The notes under the pieces: model-generated
Databases searched by the model: none
Told to the model about the DNA's origin: nothing
The model's input: the letters and a program-made list of their open reading frames with translations, nothing else
Shown: positions 25,412 through 36,545 of the stretch, piece after piece
How the letters are laid out: each line of letters opens with the position of its first letter
How positions within the stretch are numbered: the first letter of the stretch is position 1
DNA from: Octopus sinensis
Taxonomy: Eukaryota
Assembly (NCBI RefSeq): GCF_006345805.1
Contig: NW_021835836.1
Coordinates: forward strand, 1-38,909
Direction of reading: 5' to 3'
Length of the DNA stretch: 38,909 nt
Program-made: the position numbers and the translations under genes

Positions 25412-28133
25412 GTAAAAGCCTTTTGCGTAACACTTACGGAAACACGCCTGAAGCCAGATAAAGCAAATGCAGAAATACACATACCATAGTATGTTGTATT
25501 ACGGACTGAGAGAAAAGAAAGGAGTCATGGTGGAGTTCCTATGTATATCCACGAAGACCTCATACCTCAGGTCCTTTTGTCATACTCAACATGAGCTGAA
25601 ACTGGTTCAATTCACACGCACGCACGCACACACACACACACACCACACACACACACACACACACTCACACACACACACGTCAAAGTTCAAGGAGGGAAAG
25701 AAAACAGATTAGTTTACATCCTCCTAGTCCGGCCAATACATATTCAAAGTGGGAATACAATCAAATATAATCATATATATGTACACAACACTGTACATAT
25801 AAGACAACTTGATGTAGTTATATGTGCTACATATCGCCCTCCAGATGCTCCAAATCATGCAGACAAGTTCAAAAATTGCTTTACAAAAATACAAGTTCTA
25901 GTTACATTAGAACAAAGCATAAGTGTACTTCTAATGGGACACTTCAATCTACCCAGTGTCAGATGGCTTGAGGGCCTTTCTCTCCCGGGAATGGCGCGTT
26001 GCGAACAAGGACAGGTGCAGTCCCTCCTGAACCTTATCAACACTTTGTACATGGAACAAATAGTACTCCGACTGACCAGGGCAAGAAATATACTGGATCT
26101 CTGCTTCACAAACAATATGGATGTCATCCATAATGTGAAAATGGCACCGACGCTACTCTCGGATCACAGTATGGTAGAGCTGACCAAAGGAAAACATGGA
26201 TATGCAGTCTACAAGAAACTCCCAAAATCTTTCCAGTTTGAACTTCCATAAGGCAAACTAGAAACAAATTGAGAAAGAGATCCTCAAACAAAACTGGCCT
26301 AAATGTCTCTCCTCACCGGACATCGACATGAAACTTCAACAACACATATCTGTAATGCAAGCCATATACTACAAACATGTCCCGGAGAGAAGTTCCACTG
26401 TACACAAGAACAAAATCCCCAGGGAGAGGAAAGTTCTTATGAGACGACATACAAAAATTTCAAATCGCATAAACAAACTAATTAAAAGCAGTGAAAAATC
26501 CCGCCTGAAAATACAACTGCTGGAGACTGAAAGAAATCTGCAACTCTCCCATGAAAAAGAAAGAGCAGACAAAGAAGCCTGGGCTATAGACAATATTAAA
26601 TCTAACCGCAGAGCCTTCTACAAGTTTGCCAAAGAAACGCTCTCAGTGCAATGCGGGGTAGGGCCACACCTCGAAAAAGATGGAAACCTAATGTGGATAA
26701 GGGAAATACTAAATGAGCAATTTAAAATGTTTCCCCTCCTCCCCTAGGACACTTGCAAGTCAGCAATCCAGCTGACCTTTTCGCCACTGTAGATATAAAT
26801 ACAGAGGCAGTGATGATTAATTACATCAATATAAGTGAAGACGATGTAAGATGAGATGAACTCGAACTCAGCTACTGGCCTTGATGGATTCCCAGCAATC
26901 CTTCTAAAACCATGTAAGCGAGACCTAGCAAGAACACTCCAGTCTTTCTTCTAGAGCTTCCTTGCAAATGGCAAATTTCCAAGCAAGCTGAAGAAGGGTA
27001 AAATATGCCCTAGTCATAAAGGACGTAGCAGAGCAGAGGCCGACAACTACAGACCTATCTCTCTGACTCGCACATCAGTAAAGCCATGGAATAAATAACT
27101 AAAAGAAAACAAATCACCTTTCTTGAGGAAAATGACTTGCTGACTGACACCTAACATGGTTTCCGACCAGGAAGAAGCAGCTGACTCAGTTCTTACAACA
27201 CTATGACTGGATGTTGAAACAGCTACTCAGCCACTCAAATGTGGATGTGATATATCTCGACTTTGCAAAGGCTTTCGATCAAGTCGATCATGGAATATGT
27301 CACAAACTGCGTGATTTCGGCATAGTCGAGAAGTTGGGAGATTCGCTGCATGACTTTCTGAGAGATAGAAGTCAAGCAGTAGTAGCCAATGGGGCCACCT
27401 CCAATGATACTCAAATAGTGAGTGGTGTTCCACAAGGTACTGTTTTGGGACCACTACTGTTCATAATGACTCTCTCAGTTATGCCCTTAGCCACGCAGAG
27501 AGCCAGAAGTACACGCAGATGTGATACAGATGATTCAAAAGTTATGCAGATGATACAAAAGTCTCACAGGTGATACAGAACTCTGAAGACGTTATGCATT
27601 TGCAACGTGAGTTGGATGAAACATACAAGTGGGCTAACAAGAATAGCATACAGTTTAATGCTGAACAGTTTCAAGTCCTATGCTACTAGCATGCAAAACT
27701 AAATGCAATACCAATTAAATACACTGGTCCTGGAGGAATTACAATCCCAGAGACAGAGTCAGTGAAAGTTGTATTAACGTTAGAACGGGGCACCACTGTA
27801 TAGTGCCAAAGACTCTAACTTTGCCAATATATGACAAGATATTGCAACAGCCTGGGATTTAAAGGACCACAACTCTTCGATATATTCCCGAAAGACTTGA
27901 GAGGCCTGCATGTGGTGGATGTAGGTGTCTTCAAAATGAATTTCGATCTCTTACTGTCAAGAGTCCCAGATGAACCAACTTCGCAGCAGGAAGTGAAAAT
28001 GAAGGGCAGTGGCATCAAACTCCCTCATGCACCAAATGCCAAGTTCCAAAATGAAGTCGTGAAGTATAAGTTATGTAGAAACACCAAATGGTGTTGCCCC
28101 AGCATGGCCACAACTCGTGAGCTGAAACTAGTT
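25412..28133 (+). mobile_element. CR1-group LINE pseudogene with APE and RT domains, interrupted and internally deleted
   Basis: APE: LTETRL..AEIHIP, RSHGGVPMYI, YRPPD, MGHFN, NILDLCFTNN, LSDH. RT: NYRPISL, HGFRPG, YLDFAKAFDQVDHG, SGVPQGTVLGPLLF, DDSK. Roughly 0.4 kb missing near 27770 relative to the 11.7-kb LINE. 3' stem-loop at 28103-28128. Confidence 0.92.
25591..25780 (+). repeat. Direct repeat copy 1 (copy 2 at 28118-28253)
   Basis: TGAGCTGAAACT(G/A)GTTCAATTCACAC-(CA)n-TCAAAGTTCAAGGAG...AATCATATATAT; about 94% identical outside the (CA)n by eye. Confidence 0.95.
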
Positions 28134-28254
28134 CAATTCACACACACACACATCAAAGTTCAAGGAGAGAAAGAAGACAGATTAGTTTACATCCTCCTAG
28201 TCCGGCCAATACAAATTCAAATTGGGAATACAATCAAATATAATCATATATATT

Positions 28255-28740
28255 TTTATTATATAATCCCAAGGTCGGGCGATCACAGTACACATACAGA
28301 AAATTACATGAGATAAAATAGGTTAAAATCACGAGCAGGGGAGGTGTTTAAAAAATTTACAACAGTCCTCGAATGAAGAAAAATTAAATGGATTAAGGCG
28401 ATTTACAACTGTTCACGAATGAAATTTTAAAAAATAATGAAGTGAGATACCTAACGATCGTTTCAGAGAATACGAAAAGCAAAAACTTTTTCTTTCGACT
28501 TTGGTGGCCGCATTTCCTTCATCAGAGATAGAATTTTTAAAGGTTAGGTTTTTTATAAAGTTTAAGTCTTTTTAAGAGTTTTTCCCACAACAATTGTGTG
28601 ATTTTGGGTAATAAATATAGAAAAGCCGAAAGAGTTGTAAATGAGTATAAAGGAAAAAATAGGAATGAAAATTCCAAGCGGTCCTTGAACTTTGGTATTT
28701 GCTCAATATATTGAGCTCTTCTGTGTTATTTCGTAGAAAG
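28255..28740 (-). mobile_element. Putative Penelope-like/retrozyme-type fragment carrying a hammerhead motif
   Basis: Non-microsatellite AT-rich segment containing the 28448-28530 hammerhead and a 23-bp imperfect direct repeat (28355-28377, 28401-28423). No convincing RT or GIY-YIG ORF. Confidence 0.4.
28448..28530 (-). ncRNA. Type I hammerhead ribozyme motif with extended stem II
   Basis: TATCT-CTGATGA-AGGAAATGCG...CGTATTCTCT-GAA-ACGATCGT-T-AGGTA: 5-bp stem I (one GU), intact core, bulged long stem II, palindromic 8-mer stem III, GUU triplet. Confidence 0.75.
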
Positions 28741-28780
28741 AGTTACACTCTTTTATCTTTTATTTTCTATATATATATTT

Positions 28781-29008
28781 TTCTTTACTACCCACAAGGG
28801 GCTAAACACGGAGGGGACAAGCAAGGATAGACAAACGGATTAAGTCGATTACATCGACTCCAGTGCGTAACTGATACTTGATTTATCGACCCCGAAAGGA
28901 TGAAAGGCAAAGTCGACCTCGGCGGAATTTGAACTCAGAACGTAGCGGCAGACGAAATACGGCTACGCGTTTCGCCCGGCGTGCAAACATTCCTGCCAGC
29001 TCGTCGCC
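28781..29008 (-). mobile_element. SINE family B, full length
   Basis: Reverse complement GGCGACGAGCTGGCAGG...GAGTTCAAATTCCGCC...GCCCCTTGTGGGTAGTAAAGAA. Confidence 0.92.
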
Positions 29009-29030
29009 TTATTATTTTCTATATATATAT

Positions 29031-29258
29031 TTCTTTATTGCCCACAAGGGGCTAAACACAGAGGGGACAAACTAGGACAGGCAAAGGGATTAAGTCGATT
29101 ACATCGACCCCAGTGCGTTACTGGTACTTAATTTATCGACCCCGAAAGGATGAAAGGCAAAGTCGACCTCGGCAGAATTTGAACTCAGATCGTAACGACA
29201 GACGAAATACCGCTAAGCATTTCGCCCAGCGTGCTAACGTTTCTGCCAGCTCGCCGCC
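29031..29258 (-). mobile_element. SINE family B, full length, tandem with the previous copy
   Basis: Same structure offset by 250 bp; tail GCCCCTTGTGGGCAATAAAGAA. Confidence 0.92.
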
Positions 29259-29663
29259 TTATTATTTTTCTGTATATATCGCTCTCGCTTCTAAACATAG
29301 GTAAATTTTGGATCAGTCTATTTTGTAATTTAGCAGTCCCTCTATTGAATTTTTGTCTGTTTTTTTTTAGCAAATGATCTGAGGAGACTTATATGCATAA
29401 ACGCGTATTTCTTTTATAAATTCACAAGTGGATATGAGTCTAAACAAATTGTTGTCTTATATTTCTTTTAATTATTGTTATAATATGTTATATTATATTA
29501 TATTCTAATGTAAATAAATTTTTAACCTCTCAATTGTATTTCTCTATTTCCTTTAATATTTCTGTATTGTAATTATACCATTTAATTTGTAATATTCAAC
29601 TGATGTACCAGTGAGAATTGAATGTTTTACATCCCTTTGAAATAATTGGTTCTACTTCATTTG

Positions 29664-29724
<61 letters not shown>

Positions 29725-29727
<3 letters not shown>

Positions 29728-30433
29728 TGGGTTGGCAACTAATTTCCCGCCGTTTTTTAAATTTTTGAATTTATTGTGTTTTTAAATTTTGGAATCTATT
29801 TTTCTCGAGAATTCTATTTTTGAATAATTTTGAAATCTTTTTTTTTTCTTTTAGTAGTTAATTTTTGTTTATTTTCATATCGTTAAAATGAAATGTTAAG
29901 TTAAGAAAAACGAGCATCTTCGACACCTCCTTCTTTTTGCTTTTAATCAAGGTTCTAAGGCCGCAAAAGCTGCTCGCGACATTTGTGCTGTGTATGGAGA
30001 GGGTGCCATAGCTGAAAGGACCGCTCGTGGTTGGTATGCCAAGTTCAGAAATGGAAATTTTGACCTCAAAGACGCACCTCGCTCTGGCCGTCCAGTTGAG
30101 TTCGATGAAGAGCGATTAAACCAACTTTTGCACGAAAATTCTCGTCAAACGACAAGGGAACTGGCAAAGAAAATGGAATGCTCCCACACTGCTACAGAGA
30201 AGCATCTTCACTCGATGGGAAAGGTTCAGAAGTATGGAGCATGAGTTCCGCATGCTTTAAGTGACAACAATAGAAATCAACGAACCACAATCTTCGCTGG
30301 TTTGCTTGCTCGTCACCGCTCAACTCATGGACACAAACAACAATTTCTTTACCGAATCGTTACTGGCGACGAAAAATGGTGCCTGTACATCAATTTGAAG
30401 CAGCGTAACGAATGGCTTAGCCCCGGTAAACAA
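29725..30433 (+). pseudogene. Mariner transposon 5' half (TIR plus transposase pseudogene), mellifera-subfamily-like
   Basis: TA then TTGGGTTGGCAACTAA TIR. ATG at 29888; a single frame MKC*VKKNEHLRHLLLF...WYAKFRNGNFDLKDAPRSGRP...GA*VPHAL...IVTGDEKW...SPGKQ with two stops; truncated after the first catalytic Asp. Confidence 0.93.
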
Positions 30434-30439
30434 GGCATA

Positions 30440-30690
30440 TATATACGTACAGGTATATGTTTGTGTCTTTGTGCTTGTACTAGTTGCCCCTTCCACCGCT
30501 TGAAAACCGGTACTGATTTGTTTACGTACCCGTAAGCTAGCAGTTTTGGCACAATGCACCGATAGAATAAGTGACAGACTTCAAAAATTAAGTGCTGGGG
30601 TCAATATATTCGATTAAAACAAAAATATAAAAAAATAATAATTCGAGATGGTGCTCTAGCGTGGCCGCAGTCTAATCACTGAAATATGCA
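30440..30690 (+). mobile_element. SINE family A 3' module at the mariner truncation point
   Basis: CCACCGCTTGAAAACCGG...CCGATAGAATAAG...TGCTGGGGTCAAT...GCGTGGCCGCAGTCTAATCACTGAAA. Confidence 0.8.
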
Positions 30691-31189
30691 AAATGTATAT
30701 GGAGGTCAAATTAATCGAGTGAACCTTTCCTTCAAATTTCATGCTCATCTGCTAAACGTCAGAAATCAATAATTTTTAATAATCTAAACCGTTGTGACGC
30801 CATTTTTTCTTCTTCTTCAACTCTACTCAAATGCTACAGTTTTATCGCCTCGTTCTCGTGAAAGAAAGAACTTTAGCGCTTCTTCCGATGATTAGTCGGC
30901 CATTTATGGCGAAGTACTTTTAGTCGTTTATCATTATTTTCTCATTCTTTCCACTATCTGCCACGCCAAATTCTATTTTATTTTACTTCTCGTCTTAATA
31001 ACAAGATTTTGTAGCTGGGGTCTTTTCATATTCATCATCTTTTGTTTGACTTTCACAATTTCAAAGAAGCAGCGATGAGCGTCTTGTTTCCCTGGAGTTA
31101 ATGGACAAGTAGAAAAATGTGCACCAGGCAGTCAGAGAGAAATGTTGAAATATGTTTGAACGAAGGAATTGGTAATCAGGATTAAGTAG

Positions 31190-31542
31190 AAAGAGAGAGA
31201 GAAAGAAAGAGAGAGAGAAAGAAAGAGAGAGAGAAAGAAAGAGAGAGAGAAAGAAAGAGAGAGAGAAATATGGCCCTCAATATTACTTTATCTACTTGTT
31301 TGTCTGTCTGTCTGACTGCCTATCTATTTACATAAACACACACGCTGCACACATACACACACAAATACGCACATACGCATATATTTATGTATGTATATAT
31401 ATACACACACACTCACGCGTACATATATGTATATATGTATGAGTATGTATCGATGCATGCATGTGTGTGTATGTGTGTGTTGTGTGTGTGTGTGTGCGTG
31501 TGTGTGTGTGCGTGTGTGTGTGTGTGTGCATGTGTGTGTGTG

Positions 31543-31575
<33 letters not shown>

Positions 31576-31675
31576 ATACACATTTTTTCTACTATCCGGA
31601 ATTGCTTGGTAATTCTGACCGTCGCTGCTGTAGCTGCTGCTTCTACAACTACTACAATAACAAAAACAACAACTG

Positions 31676-31714
<39 letters not shown>

Positions 31715-31866
31715 ACTACTACTACTGATGATGATGATGATGATGATGGTAAACAGGATGCTGATGTTTCGGCCGACGCCTCTACTCTCCTATTGTGGAA
31801 AGATGCGATGGTGGAGACTACTGAACATATACCGAGAGCATTGTAGAGGACTTTCAATGAGTCTAC

Positions 31867-31931
<65 letters not shown>

Positions 31932-31963
31932 CACATACATAAATATATGGCGATAGGATGTGC

Positions 31964-32008
<45 letters not shown>

Positions 32009-32026
32009 TGAGTGATGCGGGTAGTG
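31190..32026. repeat. Microsatellite block: (GAAA/GA)n, (TG)n, (CTA)n, (GAT)n, (TA)n, with a short unique spacer
   Basis: Directly visible. Confidence 0.9.
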
Positions 32027-32199
32027 GTCTGGCTGGTGGCGGCGGGGTGCTAAACACAGTTTCCAGTAAATTAGTTAATCACGGGCTGAGTCCCTCTCAA
32101 CAAACGATATAGCCTCAAGCTGGTTCAAGACGGCGACTTAGCTAATCAAGCTTCCCGCCACTCACCGCCACATCTAACGCCATCACTGCACTTTTTCAT

Positions 32200-32900
32200 T
32201 GCTCATTTCCCCTTGTTTGTTTGCTTGTTTGTTTGTTTGTTTTCCTTCCTTCTTTCTTTGCTTCTCTCTTTCTTTCTTTCTTTCTTTCTTTTTTCTTTCT
32301 TTCTCTCTTTCCACCTTTATTCTCTCTTCAGCACACACATTCCTTTTTTTCTTCTTCTCGTTCTTTTATCCTTCTCTTTATATTTTCTCTGTTTATCTTC
32401 ACTATCTTCTACTTCAAGTTCCTTTGTAATTCTATCCAAATTTTCCTTCAGTGTTCTCCCTCGCTCATTCGTTCCATTTTCCTATCATCCTTTTATTTCC
32501 TTCATTATTTTATGCAATCTAATATTATTTTCTTTTTCCTGTTTTCTCAATTTCTTTCGTTTTCTCTTTTTATTCCTCGCTGTCAATCTTCATTCTTTCT
32601 TCCCTTCTTCCTTCCAACTTTTCTTTCTTGCTTTTTTTATTACGTTGTTTTATTTTTCTTTCTTATTCCTCATTCTGTCACTTTTTCTTCCTACCTTTAT
32701 CGTTTCCTCTTTCTGTTTCAAACTTCAATTTTTGGCCGACCACTTCTATCGTTTTCCGTTTCTTCCGTTTCTCCACTCTTCTTCCTTCGCTCTCTTTCAT
32801 TTCTATTCTGCCTCTCATTCACTTTCTTTTCCTTTGCTCCAGTCTTAATCCTCACTTCCTCTCTTCATTTTCAGACACCAAATCCATTTTTTTTTTGTTT
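32200..32900 (+). repeat. About 700-bp C/T-rich low-complexity polypyrimidine tract
   Basis: Strong strand asymmetry (mostly C/T on plus), imperfect CTTT/CTT repeats. Confidence 0.9.
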
Positions 32901-33221
32901 GTTTTGAAAATTTCTACACAGGTATGATTAATCGTGATAACTACGAAAATCATTATATTTTGAGTGGAGAAATTAGAATTAAGAAGTTTCCGGCGCAGCT
33001 CCGAATATCCGAGATCATTTCTCATTGAGGAGCTGAAATCAAACCAAAACACCGGTGTCTGATGATCCACTGACATCATTCTAAGCGAACTTTATATTTT
33101 TAATAGACAAAACGCCTTGAAATATTTCTCTAAGAAAAAATATTCAGCTAGCATCGTTCAACGTTTATATGCATACATACATATATACATACTTACACAC
33201 ACACACACACACACACACAAC

Positions 33222-33267
<46 letters not shown>

Positions 33268-33389
33268 CAAAATGGAACAACAAAACATCCAGAAAGACGA
33301 TACAAAAAAAAATAAGGACGGGTCATTCGAAGCTTCCTATCCTCACTCAAGAACAAGATCATCCTCGCAATTTCGGCTGATTATATATA

Positions 33390-33444
<55 letters not shown>

Positions 33445-33445
33445 A

Positions 33446-33608
33446 GGCGGGTGTATCTTTGTGGTAACTAGCTTGCTTTTCAACCACACGGTTTTGGGTT
33501 CAGTCCCACTGTTTGTCATCTTAGGCAAGTGTCTTCTATTATAGCTTCTGGCCCATCAAAACTTTGTGAGTGGATTTAATAGAAGGAAATTGAAAGAAGA
33601 CCATCGTA
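33446..33608 (+). mobile_element. SINE family A 5' module
   Basis: GTGGTAACTAGCTTGCTTTTCAACCACACGG..GGGTTCAGTCCCACTG...GGCAAGTGTCTTCTATTATAGC...GAAAGAAGACCATCGTATA. Confidence 0.85.
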
Positions 33609-33620
33609 TATATATATATT

Positions 33621-33995
33621 ATGACACTCCGTCGGTTACGACGACGAGCGTTCCAGTTGATCCGATCAACGGAACAGCCTTCTCGTGAAATTAACGTGCA
33701 AGTGGCTGATTATTCCACAGACACGTGTACCATTAATGTAGTTTTCGGGGAGATTCAGTGTGACACAGAGTGTGACAAGGCCGGCCCTTTGAAATACAGC
33801 TACAACAGAAGCAGGAAGAAAGAGAGAAAGTTGTGGTGAAAGAGTACAGCAGGGTTCACCACCACCCCCTGCCGGAGCTTCGTGGAGCTTTAAGTGATGT
33901 TGCTCAATAAAATCACAACGCCCGGTCTGGGAATCGAAACCGTGATCCTAAGACCGCGAGTCCGCTGCCCTAAACACTGGGCCATTGCACCTCCA
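33621..33995 (-). mobile_element. tRNA-derived SINE family C, full length, tail type 2, nested in a family A copy
   Basis: Head TGGAGGTGCAATGGCCCAGTG..GGTTTCGATTCCCAGACCGGGCG on the minus strand; tail contains the hairpin GTTCC-A-GTTGATC-C-GATCAAC-GGAAC (33650-33675). Confidence 0.9.
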
Positions 33996-34072
33996 CACGC
34001 ACACACACACACATATATATATATGTACACATTCACACACACAAACACACACACACATATATATACACATAG

Positions 34073-34198
34073 ACTGATAGAATAAGTACCAGGGTTTTAA
34101 AAAAATAAGTGCTAGTGTCAATTCATTCTACTAAAACTTCTTCAAGTGATGCCCCAGCATGGCCACAGTTTAATGTCTGAAACATGTAAAAGATAAAA
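34073..34198 (+). mobile_element. SINE family A 3' module
   Basis: CTGATAGAATAAGTACCAGG...GCCCCAGCATGGCCACAGTTTAATGTCTGAAAC with an A-rich tail. Confidence 0.8.
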
Positions 34199-34429
34199 AA
34201 GACACATATATATGTACACACATACACGCACTGATACTTCATATATATATATATATACGTACATACATACACACATATACAAGCACTGATACGCATATAC
34301 ACATACCACTGCCACACCCACCACTCACACTTTTCGCCTCCTTCGAATGATCACCCTCCCACTGACTTGCTCGATAAATGACACCAACACAAACACACAT
34401 GCGCACAGATAGTACCACGCACACACACA

Positions 34430-34467
<38 letters not shown>

Positions 34468-35369
34468 CACACACACACATACAGACCATCGTCGCACTCT
34501 CCTGTACCACCGAAACCACTTTCCCTATCTCTTTCTACTTCTGGTCACTTCAGCAATGTATCTATACGCCATGTGGTGTTGGCGATTTTTTTCCTTCTTT
34601 GGACGCTTCCAAATGGATAGATAGATCCAATATAGGTAGAATCAATAATAAAAAAAAACGTACTCCATCCAGTGCGAGATAAATATCAATTTAATATATA
34701 CCTCGAAAGAGATACCAATTGTTTTATGCATTTATGATACTTTAAATTGGCCGATTTATAAAACACCAGGCTTTGTTTATGCATTAGATACATTTTAAAA
34801 ACCAGGAAGCGGGATAGTGAGGATATAAGAAAAAAATGATATAAACGTAAAATGTAAACGAAAAGAAACGAACTCAAGAAAACCATGATCCCTGTCCTCA
34901 AAGACTGCAGAAACCACAATAAAAGCAACTGGCATTGGACAAAACAGAATATATGCTTAAAGACTGCGATACACATCGTTATTTTAAACTAATGTTTAAA
35001 CTAAGGTTTTTAGTGCTTTAATTTTAGTCAGGTCAGTTTTTGCATAAATCAGTGAATAGCTTGGCTGTAAGTTTTTGCATCGAAAATATGATTTCGTCGG
35101 GCTTTGATCGATACTGAAGAGGATCAAATTAATCGAAACATCGGTGTCAAGTGATTCGGCGATCTGGCTAGGACAGACATCGTTGAGAAAAGGGTAAAAT
35201 GAAAGAAAGAAAGAAGCGAAGGAAGGAAGGAAAGAAGAGACAGAATGAAAGGAAGGAAGAGAGAATGAAAGAAAACGAAAAACAAAAAAGAGAAAGAAAT
35301 TTTGAAGATCGTCGGCTGGTTGAAGAGGAGGGTAATGGAGAAACAACGAATAGAATAAAGAAAGTAACA

Positions 35370-36029
35370 TGAAATATGTGTAGTAGTAGTAGTAGTAGTA
35401 GTAGCAGCAGTAGCTGTATTTCTAGAAGCAGCAGCATCAGTGGTAGTGGTGGTGGTGTGGTGATGGTAATGGTGGTAATGATGGCAGTGGAGGTGGTAGT
35501 GCTGATGGTAACGGTGTTAGTGATGAAGGTGGTGATGTTGGTGGTGGAGGTCGTGGAAATTGTAAAGGTGATGACATTATTAGTGGTGGCTGCTGTGAGG
35601 GGTGGCAGTGTTTGTTGTGTGATTGTTGTTGTTGTTGTTGTTGATATGTTTTGAGTGGTGGCAATGGCGATAGTGATGGTGGTGATGTTAGAGGTGTTGG
35701 TGGTGTTTATGGTTGTAGTAGTGATGGTCACGGCGCGACTTGTGGTGGTGCTAGTAGTGGTGATGGTAGTGCAGAAGAAGAGTCGTGGGGAGAAAATGCT
35801 CTCTCAACAAACGTTCATGTGGAGACACACCCACTCGCCCCAAACACCGGTATATATGCATATATGCACAACCTACACACATATATGTATATGCATGTAT
35901 ATATATATATATGTATGCATATATATATATATGTATGCATATATATTATATATATATATATATATATACATATTTCATAAGCATATACGCAACCATACAT
36001 ATACAATTTTCTTAATATATATATACACA

Positions 36030-36086
<57 letters not shown>

Positions 36087-36357
36087 TAAATTTTCAAAAA
36101 TAAAACTAAAATAAATAACAATTAGAATAAAGGTAAAAAAAATTAGTAAAATTTTTTAAACAAAACGAAAATTCTTCATCCACTTAAATAATTTCGGTTT
36201 CGCTTCGTCTAATCATCATCTTTATAATCATCATCATCGTTAGCACCACCACCACCACCGCCGCTACCACCGCCGCCAGCACCACCACCATCATCATCGT
36301 CGTCGTCGTCGTTAACATTATCATCATCATCATCATTCTTCTTCTTCTTCTCTTCTT

Positions 36358-36455
<98 letters not shown>

Positions 36456-36475
36456 CATTATATTATTATTATATA

Positions 36476-36540
<65 letters not shown>

Positions 36541-36545
36541 CATTA
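35370..36545. repeat. Microsatellite block: (GTA/GGT/GAT)n, (TA)n, (CA)n, (CAC/CAT/CTT/ATT)n
   Basis: Directly visible. Confidence 0.9.

Noticed and set aside
25591-28253. LTR retrotransposon interpretation of the direct repeats
   Set aside because: The interior is APE plus non-LTR RT with no gag, integrase, PBS or TG..CA ends, and LINE sequence continues upstream of the left repeat.
28530-28740. Possible Penelope GIY-YIG C-terminus upstream of the hammerhead (FLRNNTEELNILSKY)
   Set aside because: The resemblance is too weak to call without a profile search.
23640-29258. CRISPR-like repeat-spacer pattern in the 44-bp repeat or the tandem SINEs
   Set aside because: Eukaryotic context, no constant repeats with unique spacers, no cas genes.
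32852-33079. 75-aa minus-strand ORF in unique sequence
   Set aside because: No recognisable motif, no strong donor; it runs out into a low-complexity tract.
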